Shown here piece after piece: positions 24,307-34,041 of a stretch of DNA of 64,000 nt (positions are counted from its first letter, which is position 1; every line of letters begins with the position of its first letter). The notes beneath the pieces were generated by a model. That model had not been told where the DNA came from. It saw only the letters and a program-made list of their open reading frames with translations, and ran no database searches. This DNA comes from Escherichia phage FL04. Where the stretch lies: sequence record PP358550, one strand, 5' to 3'. The position numbers and the translations under genes are program-made.

Positions 24307-27105
24307 TTAGAATTTAAAATATTTACTAATTTTGCGAGCAATTTTAGTAAAGAGAGGCGTTTTCAATTCTTTAATTTCTTCACTCATTTCCTGAATAGCC
24401 TTAATTAAAAGAGCATTCACAGCGGAGTTAGAAATTGTCAGAACATCAGATCCATCAACTTCAACTTTAGACACAGCTTCCGGTAATTCTTTTTCAAGAT
24501 CCTGAGCAATAATACCAACTTCGCGTTTAATCACGCTACGATCTTTAATAGACTTAACTTTATCGTAAGTATAAACTTTCAGTCGGCAAACTTTTTCGAC
24601 CGCTCCATATTCTAATTCTTCTTTATTAATCTTGAGACGGGAGTCAGAACGAATATACACATCGCTAAAGCTACCATTTCCTGGTGTATAAAAGAATCCA
24701 TCATGATGGAATTCAAATATAGCTTGTGGGTGTCCAGCATCAGGAGAAGCCTCCGTGGATCCGACGCGAATGATTGCTTGCCCCCACTGTGATGGAATAC
24801 GACGCATACCAAAGTCAACAGCGGTGCTATATCCTTGATTGGTTATAACGCTTCTTGCTTTAAGAATAGGATAATAACTATCTTGACCAACATAACCATG
24901 ATCAACGAATAATGGAGCTTCTACTCGCCATTGGTTGCCCCAATCACCCGGTTGTCTAGCAATCCATCCAGAACCGTTAATGTGTACACGGTCGCGGTTA
25001 ACGTTAACCATTAAGGTATTTTGCGGGTTTAACGCAATCTCACCATTGTTTGTTATATGTACTGCCGCCTGAGTAGCATAGCTATAAAATGCTAGCGAAT
25101 TATCAGCACCACCTTTACCAATATACCAGTTACCATTCCCGTCTACGTCACCGCGAATATGCAAAGCGTTGCTGGCTGTAGTCGATAATACAATAGCATC
25201 ACCCGGACGTTTAATAGTCAATCGACCAGTTGATTCAACTTCACCAAAGAATTTAGTTTTAATTGCACCAGTCGCTAAAGTACGTTCAGTGGAAAAATGA
25301 GCGCCTTTACTATCTTCTAACTGAATAATGTTATCACGAGCGTTATTGCTATCACCCCAATGATTAAACCGGAAATAATCGCGTGATTGCTTACCACCCG
25401 CTTCAAACGTCAGCGTACCTTTACTTAAATTAACATCACCGCTAAAGGTAGCAGCAAGAGAACCGCCTTTTAATACTAAAGCGTTAGCACCGCTAGTGCC
25501 ACCCAAAGTAACATCGCCAGTTTTTAATTGATAGCGGAAAGGTCTATTTGTATTAAAGTTTCCATCTTGATCATTTTCGTCGGTGGAAAGAATATAAAGA
25601 CTTTCACCATCATTACGGAAAATTGTGCCAAATTTACCGCCATACATACGGAATGCATTAGATGAGCGGAATTTAACTTCTGTTTTAAATGTGGTAGTGT
25701 TATTAAGGTTAACAGTAGAGTTAAAATTGGTAGGAGCACCGAAGTTAACAGCACCATTAAAATCTTGTTGAGCTGTCCATGTGTGGCGACCATCTTCAAG
25801 AACAACACGGCGGACTGTGTAAGTTCTATTTCCAGAATTACCGAACACACGAACGACAAAATAACGGTAGTTTGTCTGGGATACAGTACCGCGCCAAACC
25901 TGAACAGTACGCCCTGTGCTAGTGTGTTCACTAGGACCAACGGAAAACATAACCAGGTTTCCGTCAATCGTCCCCCAATCCATATTTGCTGGCATGTTCT
26001 TTATTTTGTTCAAAGGAACGCTAAACATACTACCAGGAACAAAATCAAAGGTTTGCCAATCTAACTCCGCTAATTGAGCTTTAATACCACCCATACCCAA
26101 AGTAATTGGAAGAGAATAAGATGTATATACTTCGTTCCATACACCCCACGCACCACCAGTATATGCACGCTCAAAAATACGATCGCGAGTAGTTGCACCC
26201 GTTCCGGCAGTAGTAAATTTTTGGAAAATAGCACCACCAGAAGCACGCTGTTTAACTTCCAGCAAACCAACAATAACGGCTGGTAAACCTTCACCAGTAG
26301 GACAGTTAATAACGGCATCAGTGCCTAAAATGTTATATAACCCAGGAGTTTTAAAATCATTCAGATCTCCATCATAGAAAGTCGCTGGTGTGCCATGACC
26401 AACCTGCTTCCATTCCTCCCACTTAGGTGCACTAGCATCCCATGCAGCAGCGAGACAACGAGTATAAACCATACCCATGCGGGTAGTATAACGCTGCGTT
26501 CTTGTGTAGAAACCACCTTCAAATATTTCTAAAAATCCTTGTGCGGCTGATCCTTCTTCTGGATAATGGCGATCAAATGATGCGATTGCGCTTGAACTGT
26601 TTCTCCATAAGCCACAATGTTCTAATTCTCCCAAGCTATCAAGGTCAATCGTTTGTGAAAGTGGACGAGTTGACGCTTGAACATTACGCCACACACCCCA
26701 TGGACCATCTACACCATTCCATTTCGCAGACAAAGAACGGATATAAACGTTACCAGACCGAACAGTATAACGCTGAGTGCCAGCAAATTGACCAGCCACA
26801 AATACTTCTAATACACCTACAGCATTCTCTTCTGGGAATTTATTTGCTGGCTGCGCATTTGTTGAAGTTGATTTAGACCAAACGCCAGTAAATTTACCAG
26901 TAGGTCCATAATTATCTAAATTTGCATCAGATGGCAACTCACCGCGAAAGTGTCCCAAAGTAATTACATTATTGCTGTCATCTTTTGTATATAGTTCTCG
27001 ATCCGCTAGGTTAATAGCAAGTTCACCCGGAGTTAGAATATTCGCATCCGGCTTGCGACCTGCCGTACTTGTTCTTTTAAATTGGATTCTCTGTAAATCT
27101 GCCAT
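24307..27105 (-). CDS. 37: long tail fibre distal subunit gp37 with C-terminal intramolecular chaperone (S74-like) domain
   Basis: 932 aa; N-terminus MADLQRIQFKRTSTAGRKPDANILTPGELAINLADRELYTKDD matches gp37; C-terminal SDVYIRS/DSRLKINKEE...AVNALLIKAIQEM resembles autoproteolytic chaperone domain. Confidence 0.88.
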   Translation of the reverse strand: MADLQRIQFKRTSTAGRKPDANILTPGELAINLADRELYTKDDSNNVITLGHFRGELPSDANLDNYGPTGKFTGVWSKSTSTNAQPANKFPEENAVGVLEVFVAGQFAGTQRYTVRSGNVYIRSLSAKWNGVDGPWGVWRNVQASTRPLSQTIDLDSLGELEHCGLWRNSSSAIASFDRHYPEEGSAAQGFLEIFEGGFYTRTQRYTTRMGMVYTRCLAAAWDASAPKWEEWKQVGHGTPATFYDGDLNDFKTPGLYNILGTDAVINCPTGEGLPAVIVGLLEVKQRASGGAIFQKFTTAGTGATTRDRIFERAYTGGAWGVWNEVYTSYSLPITLGMGGIKAQLAELDWQTFDFVPGSMFSVPLNKIKNMPANMDWGTIDGNLVMFSVGPSEHTSTGRTVQVWRGTVSQTNYRYFVVRVFGNSGNRTYTVRRVVLEDGRHTWTAQQDFNGAVNFGAPTNFNSTVNLNNTTTFKTEVKFRSSNAFRMYGGKFGTIFRNDGESLYILSTDENDQDGNFNTNRPFRYQLKTGDVTLGGTSGANALVLKGGSLAATFSGDVNLSKGTLTFEAGGKQSRDYFRFNHWGDSNNARDNIIQLEDSKGAHFSTERTLATGAIKTKFFGEVESTGRLTIKRPGDAIVLSTTASNALHIRGDVDGNGNWYIGKGGADNSLAFYSYATQAAVHITNNGEIALNPQNTLMVNVNRDRVHINGSGWIARQPGDWGNQWRVEAPLFVDHGYVGQDSYYPILKARSVITNQGYSTAVDFGMRRIPSQWGQAIIRVGSTEASPDAGHPQAIFEFHHDGFFYTPGNGSFSDVYIRSDSRLKINKEELEYGAVEKVCRLKVYTYDKVKSIKDRSVIKREVGIIAQDLEKELPEAVSKVEVDGSDVLTISNSAVNALLIKAIQEMSEEIKELKTPLFTKIARKISKYFKF

Positions 27106-27140
27106 TTTATAAAATCCTTAACGGTTGTTAGAATAATATT

Positions 27141-27167
27141 ATTTAGAAAAGCGGGGATAATCCCCGC
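27141..27167 (-). terminator. rho-independent terminator after gp36 (- strand)
   Basis: GCGGGGA-TTA-TCCCCGC hairpin followed on - strand by TTTTCTAAAT. Confidence 0.6.
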
Positions 27168-27172
27168 TAGAA

Positions 27173-28663
27173 TTAGAAAGTACCAAAATCAATTACCGCA
27201 TTAAGCGGAACAGCGCCAACATCATCAGGAGTTGGTTTGTGTCCTTCGTGGTATAATTCAAATGTATCGGTGTCCTGAGTATTGTTGCGTGATTTAACGA
27301 AAATAATTTTAGAATCATGTGTGATGCCTAGTTTCTCGTGCGCTTTAATATCACTAACACGATGAATCATTGCTGTGCCATCTAAGCTATTAAGTCCAGC
27401 GTAGCAATTATCACCATTATAGTTAGCTTTTGCGGTACGAACGCCGTTTGCCGCCGGAACAGTTAACGGTCCTGTCATGGTATCGCCAGTTACGTTAACA
27501 TAGCGAATATCAGCCAATTTACGGTGATCTACATAGTTCCATGCAGTCCATGATTCATTAGAACACGAACGCCAGCACATCGGATGGTCAATAGATTCAG
27601 GATAATACACCTGAACAATTCGACGAGTACCGACCGCATCTTCTGGGCGATATACCATCAAAACGCCGTTATAATAGCTATCAGACGGTTTATTAGTACC
27701 TGATCCAGCATTTTCCACACGATAGATACCGCGATTAATAAGAGTGTTCCAATCAACGTTTCCAATGATTGTTGGATTTGCTACCATTGATTTTTTCTCA
27801 AAGTAGCTCAAACGAACCAATTCATTCGGACCAGCAGGATCGTTTGTCGCCAACATTCTAGGCGCTTGCAAGTTACCTTCCATAATATCACCAGCACGTT
27901 TAACCTGTGCATCATTGGTGACATTACCTAGTCCAACATCGGCTTTAGTTGGTTTATTGTTGGTGTGATAAAAACGACCTTCTTTGCCATTAACAAAAAT
28001 GGTAGGCTCATCTTTGCTACGGAATACCAACGTATCAAGAACGTTACCATAATAGATCTTAGTCGCATCAAAATTAATTAAATCACGTTCCCTTGCAATT
28101 AATTTCGAATCAACCGATAGTTTAACAGTGACAGTGTTTAAATTATATGTTCCTGTGAGAGTATCACCGCGACGAGACACCAAATCTAAATCATTATTCG
28201 TTGGTTTATTAACAGGGCTATAGACGCGTTGACCTGTGTCTTTAATGGTTGTCCCTTCGATAGTCCCTTTAGACTTAAATTCGCCCGTTGTGGTGTCAAT
28301 ATACGCCATAATAACGCCATCACGGGCATTAACAAAGCCTATTGACTTCCATGAATGCAAACCCCAGCTTACGCCGTCAAAATTAGCAGCGTCGCTCTGA
28401 CCTTTAAAGATACCATTCTTTTTGGTTTCCCCAGCCGATGCGCTACCTACGCTTAAACCTTCCTCGAAATGAACTTGCTTTTGAAATGTGCCACCTTCGG
28501 ATGCACTAACAGCATCAAAATCGGTAGCCGAAGGTCTATCAAAAGCGGTATAGATTTTATGACCTTTGTAGAAAAGCTGATCCCCCGCTGGCTGGATCGT
28601 CAAGTTTCCTTGCGTCCAAATGGGAGATCCACCTACAGTAGATCCATATTTCAAATCTGCCAT
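27173..28663 (-). CDS. 36: long tail fibre hinge/distal connector gp36 (enlarged, 496 aa)
   Basis: N-terminus MADLKYGSTVGGSPIWTQGN...PAGD matches T4 gp36 N-terminus; C-terminal extension relative to T4 (221 aa). Confidence 0.8.
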   Translation of the reverse strand: MADLKYGSTVGGSPIWTQGNLTIQPAGDQLFYKGHKIYTAFDRPSATDFDAVSASEGGTFQKQVHFEEGLSVGSASAGETKKNGIFKGQSDAANFDGVSWGLHSWKSIGFVNARDGVIMAYIDTTTGEFKSKGTIEGTTIKDTGQRVYSPVNKPTNNDLDLVSRRGDTLTGTYNLNTVTVKLSVDSKLIARERDLINFDATKIYYGNVLDTLVFRSKDEPTIFVNGKEGRFYHTNNKPTKADVGLGNVTNDAQVKRAGDIMEGNLQAPRMLATNDPAGPNELVRLSYFEKKSMVANPTIIGNVDWNTLINRGIYRVENAGSGTNKPSDSYYNGVLMVYRPEDAVGTRRIVQVYYPESIDHPMCWRSCSNESWTAWNYVDHRKLADIRYVNVTGDTMTGPLTVPAANGVRTAKANYNGDNCYAGLNSLDGTAMIHRVSDIKAHEKLGITHDSKIIFVKSRNNTQDTDTFELYHEGHKPTPDDVGAVPLNAVIDFGTF

Positions 28664-28696
28664 AAAGTAACCTCAAAAATTAGTTATAGTTCCGAG

Positions 28697-28704
28697 TATT
28701 TATA
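28697..28704 (-). promoter_or_regulatory. T4-type late promoter TATAAATA (for gp36)
   Basis: Exact TATAAATA on - strand about 35 nt upstream of gp36 ATG. Confidence 0.6.
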
Positions 28705-28820
28705 GAATGTTAACAAAATATCGCTTCGCGACGTGCCGTAGGCACTGACTAATTTTTAACCGAAACAAATTTCTATTATTCTAAAGATCTTTCTTCGTTT
28801 TGGTTACATTTTAACCAACT

Positions 28821-28853
28821 GTATAAAAATAAAGCCGACCACATGGATCGGCT
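28821..28853 (-). terminator. rho-independent terminator after gp35 (- strand)
   Basis: Hairpin AGCCGACC-ACATG-GATCGGCT (reverse complement of the 17566 terminator) followed on - strand by TTATTTTTAT. Confidence 0.7.
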
Positions 28854-28864
28854 TGTTAAAAATG

Positions 28865-30004
28865 TTAATCAACATCGAACTCTTTAAAGTTGTTGGATGT
28901 GATGTGTTTATTATCTCTAGGCAGTTTAAGAAGACTCATTACAGGGTTAGTAAAATCACCGTTATCCTGAATATGAGTTGTTCTAACACCATTAACACCA
29001 AATGAAGTAGGACCAGTAGTTTTGACGACTCCACTGATCGGCGTTATTAGTATGTTTCTAATTTTAACAATACCTTCATTGGAGTTGGTTGGATATCTGA
29101 TACAACCAGTTACTACACTATCAACTCCTTCCGGTACGGTATAGACGGCTTCAAACTTTTCCCATTGGTCTTTTTTGCTGGCATTGTATCGAACACCAGT
29201 TTGATATTGTCCATCGGTGAAGTAGTTGTGATAGAAACGCGCTGTTACGTTGGCTGCGGCTGCGGCACTATCACGGAACAATTCAAAGGATATTGATAGT
29301 TTGTCACCTGCCTTTATGTTAAAATCCTCAAGTGGGGCGCTGGTCTCATCATGAGGCCATTGTATTAGCTCGAAATGTTCGGCATCTTCGCTAACATACT
29401 CAACCGGATAATCTAAAAATCGTTGTGGTGTTCCTGTTATAGCAAGATCATCTATAGTATCATAGACTTTCTCAATTTGTATAGATGAATCTTGTCCTTC
29501 CCCGTTGGTCGCTTGCATCCCTTCACACACAATTTTACCCATTTTAGTAGAATAAATTGCTGCATAGGATACACGAGGCATTTGCTGTAGCAAAATGTGA
29601 TTCGGGAATGATACAGATCCCATCTTAGAAAATACAACATCACTTATCGGATCTGCAAACAATTCTCCATGCGTTGCCATCGCAATGATATAGTCACCTT
29701 TCAGCAAAGAAAGATAATCACGCATTGCCAAAACAGCACCGCGACCATAGAATACCTTTTCTTCGTGTAGTTGTCCAGTTGGAGTAAGAACTTTAAAATT
29801 TAGGCCATTTTCATAGCCAGTGCCAACGATCTCCACTCCATTAAATCTAATCCTTGCTGGTTTGGTAGAATCCGCATTAGATCCGCGTACTTCCAGCTTA
29901 TACATCACAGAGTTATTTTCTGAAATGCTGGTAAATGTCGCAGAGTCTTCGTCGAAATGCGCAAACCTAATTCCAGTGTTGCGTAATTCTATATCTTGTG
30001 TCAT
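28865..30004 (-). CDS. 35: long tail fibre hinge protein gp35
   Basis: 379 aa (T4 gp35 372 aa); position between gp34 and gp36. Confidence 0.7.
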   Translation of the reverse strand: MTQDIELRNTGIRFAHFDEDSATFTSISENNSVMYKLEVRGSNADSTKPARIRFNGVEIVGTGYENGLNFKVLTPTGQLHEEKVFYGRGAVLAMRDYLSLLKGDYIIAMATHGELFADPISDVVFSKMGSVSFPNHILLQQMPRVSYAAIYSTKMGKIVCEGMQATNGEGQDSSIQIEKVYDTIDDLAITGTPQRFLDYPVEYVSEDAEHFELIQWPHDETSAPLEDFNIKAGDKLSISFELFRDSAAAAANVTARFYHNYFTDGQYQTGVRYNASKKDQWEKFEAVYTVPEGVDSVVTGCIRYPTNSNEGIVKIRNILITPISGVVKTTGPTSFGVNGVRTTHIQDNGDFTNPVMSLLKLPRDNKHITSNNFKEFDVD

Positions 30005-30016
30005 AATAACCCCATA

Positions 30017-30032
30017 GGGGGCTTTCGCCCCC
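30017..30032 (-). other. GC hairpin GGGGGC-GAAA-GCCCCC (GNRA loop on - strand) between gp34 and gp35, no U-tract
   Basis: Perfect stem; 12 nt upstream of gp35 ATG. Confidence 0.5.
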
Positions 30033-30038
30033 CTTTAA

Positions 30039-33000
30039 TTAGTCTTCCCAGATAAAGTCTACGGTACGAGTCAGATTATTGGCGATGATTTTAACATTAC
30101 CAACTTTGATCCAATCACGAACCGTCATAGAGTTCATTAAACCACCTTCTGCAACTACTGCCCCGATTTCCTGAGCGGTAGGCTTATTCTGTTTGGTGTA
30201 AATTTCACCCCATGCGGTCCATTGACCACCAGTACCGGAACGGATATAATGTTTATGAGTACCATCAGGGGACCAAAGCTGGGTAAGCCCGTCCTCGTCA
30301 GTACCCCATTGCATCAGAGTACCGTTTTTCTTCTCTGGATAAGTTTCTTTGATGTTCTGGGTAGTAACTCGCATATTCCAGAAACCGATGTTACCGATTG
30401 CCGGAGCGGTTGCCGCGCTAGCTTCATGCTTAACAGAAACAATAGGCGCATTATCCATAGTCAGCTTACCGACCATTGTATCGCCAGCATTCTTAACAAA
30501 CTGACGGTTAAGAACTTCGTCAGCGTTTCCTGCGTGTACGATCTGATATTTCTGTCCGGAGATCTCTGTAGTTAACGTTTGAGAACCTGCCTTGATGTTA
30601 ACACTTCCACCGTGACCGATATTCAGCATACCATCTGGGGAACGAGTCATTGCCGGATTAGACTGGTCAACAATGTATAAACCGCCTTGTTTCGCATACA
30701 GGTTACGACCTGCAATAAAGTCTCTATATGCTGTCGCGTCGCCATTGTGTTCCATAGCAAAGGCGTAATGCTCGACGACTCCACCATCATTGATTTTACC
30801 GAAAGCAATAGCATCACTATCAACAACTTGCGCTGTTCCAGTACCACCAACGATAATAGACCAAGAGTTTTTCATGCCTTCCGATGCGGTTGTGCCATGC
30901 AGAGTAATTCCGGTGTGACCGTCAACTCCACGCTCCCCCAACACCAGATGACCATTACTCGGAACATCGGTCGAGTTCTTAGTCACAGACAGAGTTTCAA
31001 AGGAACCTGATTTTAAGCACTCTAAATCGCCCTTCACGTTAACGTTTTTATTAAACGTGTAATTGCTCTCTATGATCTGGTCAATGTCTCTACGCGCCCA
31101 TTTAGCGGCCTCTACGTTACCCAATTTCAAACTATTCTGAGCGGTTGCCATCTTAGGTAAGAAATTAGCAAGTGCGTAGTTTAATCCTTTCGGAGTTACC
31201 GCAATCCCGTCATGCTGGTAGTTTCCTAGCTCTTGAGTAGAACCTTGCAGATTATCACCAACAAAACAGTTTTCCTGAGTAGCAACTTTCAAGAAACCAC
31301 GACGCGCTTCGGTTGCTTTCCATGTATCCTCTGTCTGAACAACATATTTGAAGTTCTTCGGAGAAATTGCTACATTAGCCAGTGCACCAGCCACGGTTTC
31401 GGCTTGAGTACCAACTCGGATAATACCTTCTTTACCTTCGGTGGCCTTTTTGCCTTGCAGCTTTTTAGGAGTGATGATTGTAGTATCATCTTGACCAGCA
31501 TCCGTAAGCTGAGTAGTAGCAACTTTAGCGACACCTTTTGTGTCTTCGGTTGCATCCAGACCGCTGATCATGATACCTTGCCACAAATCACCAGTAAGGT
31601 TAAGCCCCTGAGTCGGATCTACTTTCAAACGCTGTGCATTCTCAAAGAAGGTTTTAATCTTCAATGGGGTAGAAATGCGAGCATCGTCACGACCTGCGTC
31701 AAATTCCGACTGAGTTGCAATTTCTGCTAAACCGTGTAAAGTTTCCGTAGCACGGCGAGTATGCAGTTTTTTAGGTGTGATAATATGGTTATCACTTTGG
31801 CCTAAGTTAGTTTCTTCCTGCGTAGCAATTTCAGCGATACCAGTACGGGATTCGGTAGCAGTACGCTTGGTTAACGTGCGAGTAGTGATCAGCAATGCAT
31901 CTTGCGGGGTTGATTCAGTAGCCCCTTGCACTTCCGCGTCAGTTGCCAGATACCCAACACCACGAGAAGTTTCAGTAGCTTTAACTTCGTTGATGTTTTG
32001 CGGAGTAACGATTTTAGCGTGGTCGTCGATGTTATAGATCCCTGTACCAGCTTCACCCCTTCGAGCGGCAGCATTACCGCCTACCTGAACAATTTCAGCG
32101 ATACCAGCAAGATCCTCGGACGCGCGACGTTCTTCTAACTTCTTAGGAGTGATTGCGCGGGTATCGTCTAAACCTTCGTTTGTTTCATGTTGAGTTGCAA
32201 TTTCCATCACACCACGACGGTCTTCGGTAGCAACACAGTCATTTAACTTTTTAGGTGTAACGATAACATCATCCAGGAAGCTGGAACCAGTATCTTGATG
32301 CGTTTCCGCTTGAGTTGCAATGCGAGCAATACCGCGTCGAGTTTCGTTGGCTGTTTTATTAGCCAGAACCTTTGGGGTCACCGCAACTTCGTCGCTAGGA
32401 TTATCTTCATGGTTTTTGTTTGTTTCATCCTGGGTAGCCAGTGCAATTACACCAACACGATCTTTACGAGTCGGATCTACTCGTTCTACAATCGGGTGAG
32501 CATGTGCCACCAACCAGTATTTCTTACCATCATCACCTTCTGAATAAGAGAACTCCAGATAAGGTACATAATCATTTGCAGCGTTGAAAGACAATTCAGA
32601 CACTCCAGTCCATGTATCGGTCCCATTGAATGGGTACTCGCTACGCTTAGGAAACTGAACCATGTTTTTCTGCATAAGGATTTTTGTATCCTCTTCTGAG
32701 GTAATGATTCGGCAAGTCTGGTTTCCGTGCATATACTGCATAGAAACTTGGATACGATCACCCGGCTCGACATTGGTCGGTAAAGTCAAGGTAACATCAC
32801 GATCACCAAATACTGCAACATAGCTATTAGGGGATAAGCGAGTATCACTAATGATAGGATTCAAGCGAACAGACTGATCGCCATCCCACAAACGCCATAA
32901 GTTTTCCGGTTTGTCAAAGATGAATACACCATGACCGCTACGCTTACCAACAATTTCTTTTACCCCGAAAGTACCGATCGATTGTTCTTGCGCACCTTCA

Positions 33001-33779
33001 TGTACTTTTACTGTAACATGGTTGGTTGCAGTCAATCCGTCAAGATCGGTAGTCTGGATCATATCACCGTTATTAGCAAACTTAGGAAGCATCAAAACAA
33101 TGTTACCTAAAGAACTACGACGGAATACCTGATCACCGTTTTGCATCTGAATCGGATCAATAGATGGCTGTGCATATACCCCGCGCGGCTCCGTTCCCGT
33201 CTGGTAAACGTGCCAGCGATTGCGAACAAAAATGAAGTAGTTCATTGCATAAGGGGTAGTACAATACCATTTGCGGTTGTTTACCACACCGTTATGATAG
33301 AACTCATGACCAGCCGCAAGGAACGATAACTCATTAACACCGCACTTGCCACCGATATCTTTTACTGTTATAGTGTCGCCCTCTGCCGGATTAGTAGGCA
33401 TTGAGAATGTCAAGTTTGCAAACTGACAGTCCGCTGCGATATAATCACCGGACTTTAAAGGAGTATCGCCGGAAGTTGCTGCAACATAATCCCAACGTGG
33501 GTCCGTGCGCAGTGCTTGCCATTTAGTCGGGTCAAAGTCACCTGCTGGTTTTGCGATATCTTCTTTTGCATAATACGGACGGTTTTGATAGATTGTAGTT
33601 CCGTATTGATCATAACCGCGAGTTGTGTCATACTGAGTAATACCATTATGGTAATTGAAAAATTCAACGTTGACCGCATCCGTTGATGTGTTTTTATCTG
33701 CGTATGCTACATTGACGACCTTTTCATTACCAGCGTCAAAGCCAAATGTGGCCTTGAAATGTTGAGAAAAATCTGCCAT
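30039..33779 (-). CDS. 34: long tail fibre proximal subunit gp34
   Basis: 1246 aa; N-terminus MADFSQHFKATFGFDAGNEKVVNVAYADKNTSTDAVNVEF resembles T4 gp34; internal repeats of type G(I/V)AxIATQxET. Confidence 0.88.
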   Translation of the reverse strand: MADFSQHFKATFGFDAGNEKVVNVAYADKNTSTDAVNVEFFNYHNGITQYDTTRGYDQYGTTIYQNRPYYAKEDIAKPAGDFDPTKWQALRTDPRWDYVAATSGDTPLKSGDYIAADCQFANLTFSMPTNPAEGDTITVKDIGGKCGVNELSFLAAGHEFYHNGVVNNRKWYCTTPYAMNYFIFVRNRWHVYQTGTEPRGVYAQPSIDPIQMQNGDQVFRRSSLGNIVLMLPKFANNGDMIQTTDLDGLTATNHVTVKVHEGAQEQSIGTFGVKEIVGKRSGHGVFIFDKPENLWRLWDGDQSVRLNPIISDTRLSPNSYVAVFGDRDVTLTLPTNVEPGDRIQVSMQYMHGNQTCRIITSEEDTKILMQKNMVQFPKRSEYPFNGTDTWTGVSELSFNAANDYVPYLEFSYSEGDDGKKYWLVAHAHPIVERVDPTRKDRVGVIALATQDETNKNHEDNPSDEVAVTPKVLANKTANETRRGIARIATQAETHQDTGSSFLDDVIVTPKKLNDCVATEDRRGVMEIATQHETNEGLDDTRAITPKKLEERRASEDLAGIAEIVQVGGNAAARRGEAGTGIYNIDDHAKIVTPQNINEVKATETSRGVGYLATDAEVQGATESTPQDALLITTRTLTKRTATESRTGIAEIATQEETNLGQSDNHIITPKKLHTRRATETLHGLAEIATQSEFDAGRDDARISTPLKIKTFFENAQRLKVDPTQGLNLTGDLWQGIMISGLDATEDTKGVAKVATTQLTDAGQDDTTIITPKKLQGKKATEGKEGIIRVGTQAETVAGALANVAISPKNFKYVVQTEDTWKATEARRGFLKVATQENCFVGDNLQGSTQELGNYQHDGIAVTPKGLNYALANFLPKMATAQNSLKLGNVEAAKWARRDIDQIIESNYTFNKNVNVKGDLECLKSGSFETLSVTKNSTDVPSNGHLVLGERGVDGHTGITLHGTTASEGMKNSWSIIVGGTGTAQVVDSDAIAFGKINDGGVVEHYAFAMEHNGDATAYRDFIAGRNLYAKQGGLYIVDQSNPAMTRSPDGMLNIGHGGSVNIKAGSQTLTTEISGQKYQIVHAGNADEVLNRQFVKNAGDTMVGKLTMDNAPIVSVKHEASAATAPAIGNIGFWNMRVTTQNIKETYPEKKNGTLMQWGTDEDGLTQLWSPDGTHKHYIRSGTGGQWTAWGEIYTKQNKPTAQEIGAVVAEGGLMNSMTVRDWIKVGNVKIIANNLTRTVDFIWED

Positions 33780-33807
33780 TATTGGGTCTCCTTTTATAGT
33801 ATGTTCA

Positions 33808-33815
33808 TATTTATA
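33808..33815 (-). promoter_or_regulatory. T4-type late promoter TATAAATA (for gp34)
   Basis: Exact TATAAATA on - strand about 30 nt upstream of gp34 ATG. Confidence 0.6.
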
Positions 33816-33853
33816 AAATAAGGCTTGATAGAAACAAAAGAGGATGATATATT

Positions 33854-34039
33854 ATGGTTAAAGTTGATTTGTCAGACGGTGCAAAATGGGTAGTTGACCG
33901 AATCCCTGATAAGGATTACAATTATTTTCGCGCAGAACTAAACAATGCAATTCTGCGAGTTATGGAGAAATACGGGTATGATCGTGAAGTATCTAGCTCG
34001 TTTGATGAGTCTGTTGTTGTGAGAGTGGAGAGAACTTAA
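33854..34039 (+). CDS. hypothetical protein (61 aa)
   Basis: Immediately upstream of rnh, same strand. Confidence 0.45.
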   Translation: MVKVDLSDGAKWVVDRIPDKDYNYFRAELNNAILRVMEKYGYDREVSSSFDESVVVRVERT

Positions 34040-34041
34040 TT

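Noticed and set aside
33825-33853. TTGATA-17-TATATT as promoter for the ORF at 33854
   Set aside because: The -10 ends at the start codon, so transcription would begin inside the ORF; may instead serve rnh, but confidence too low to list.
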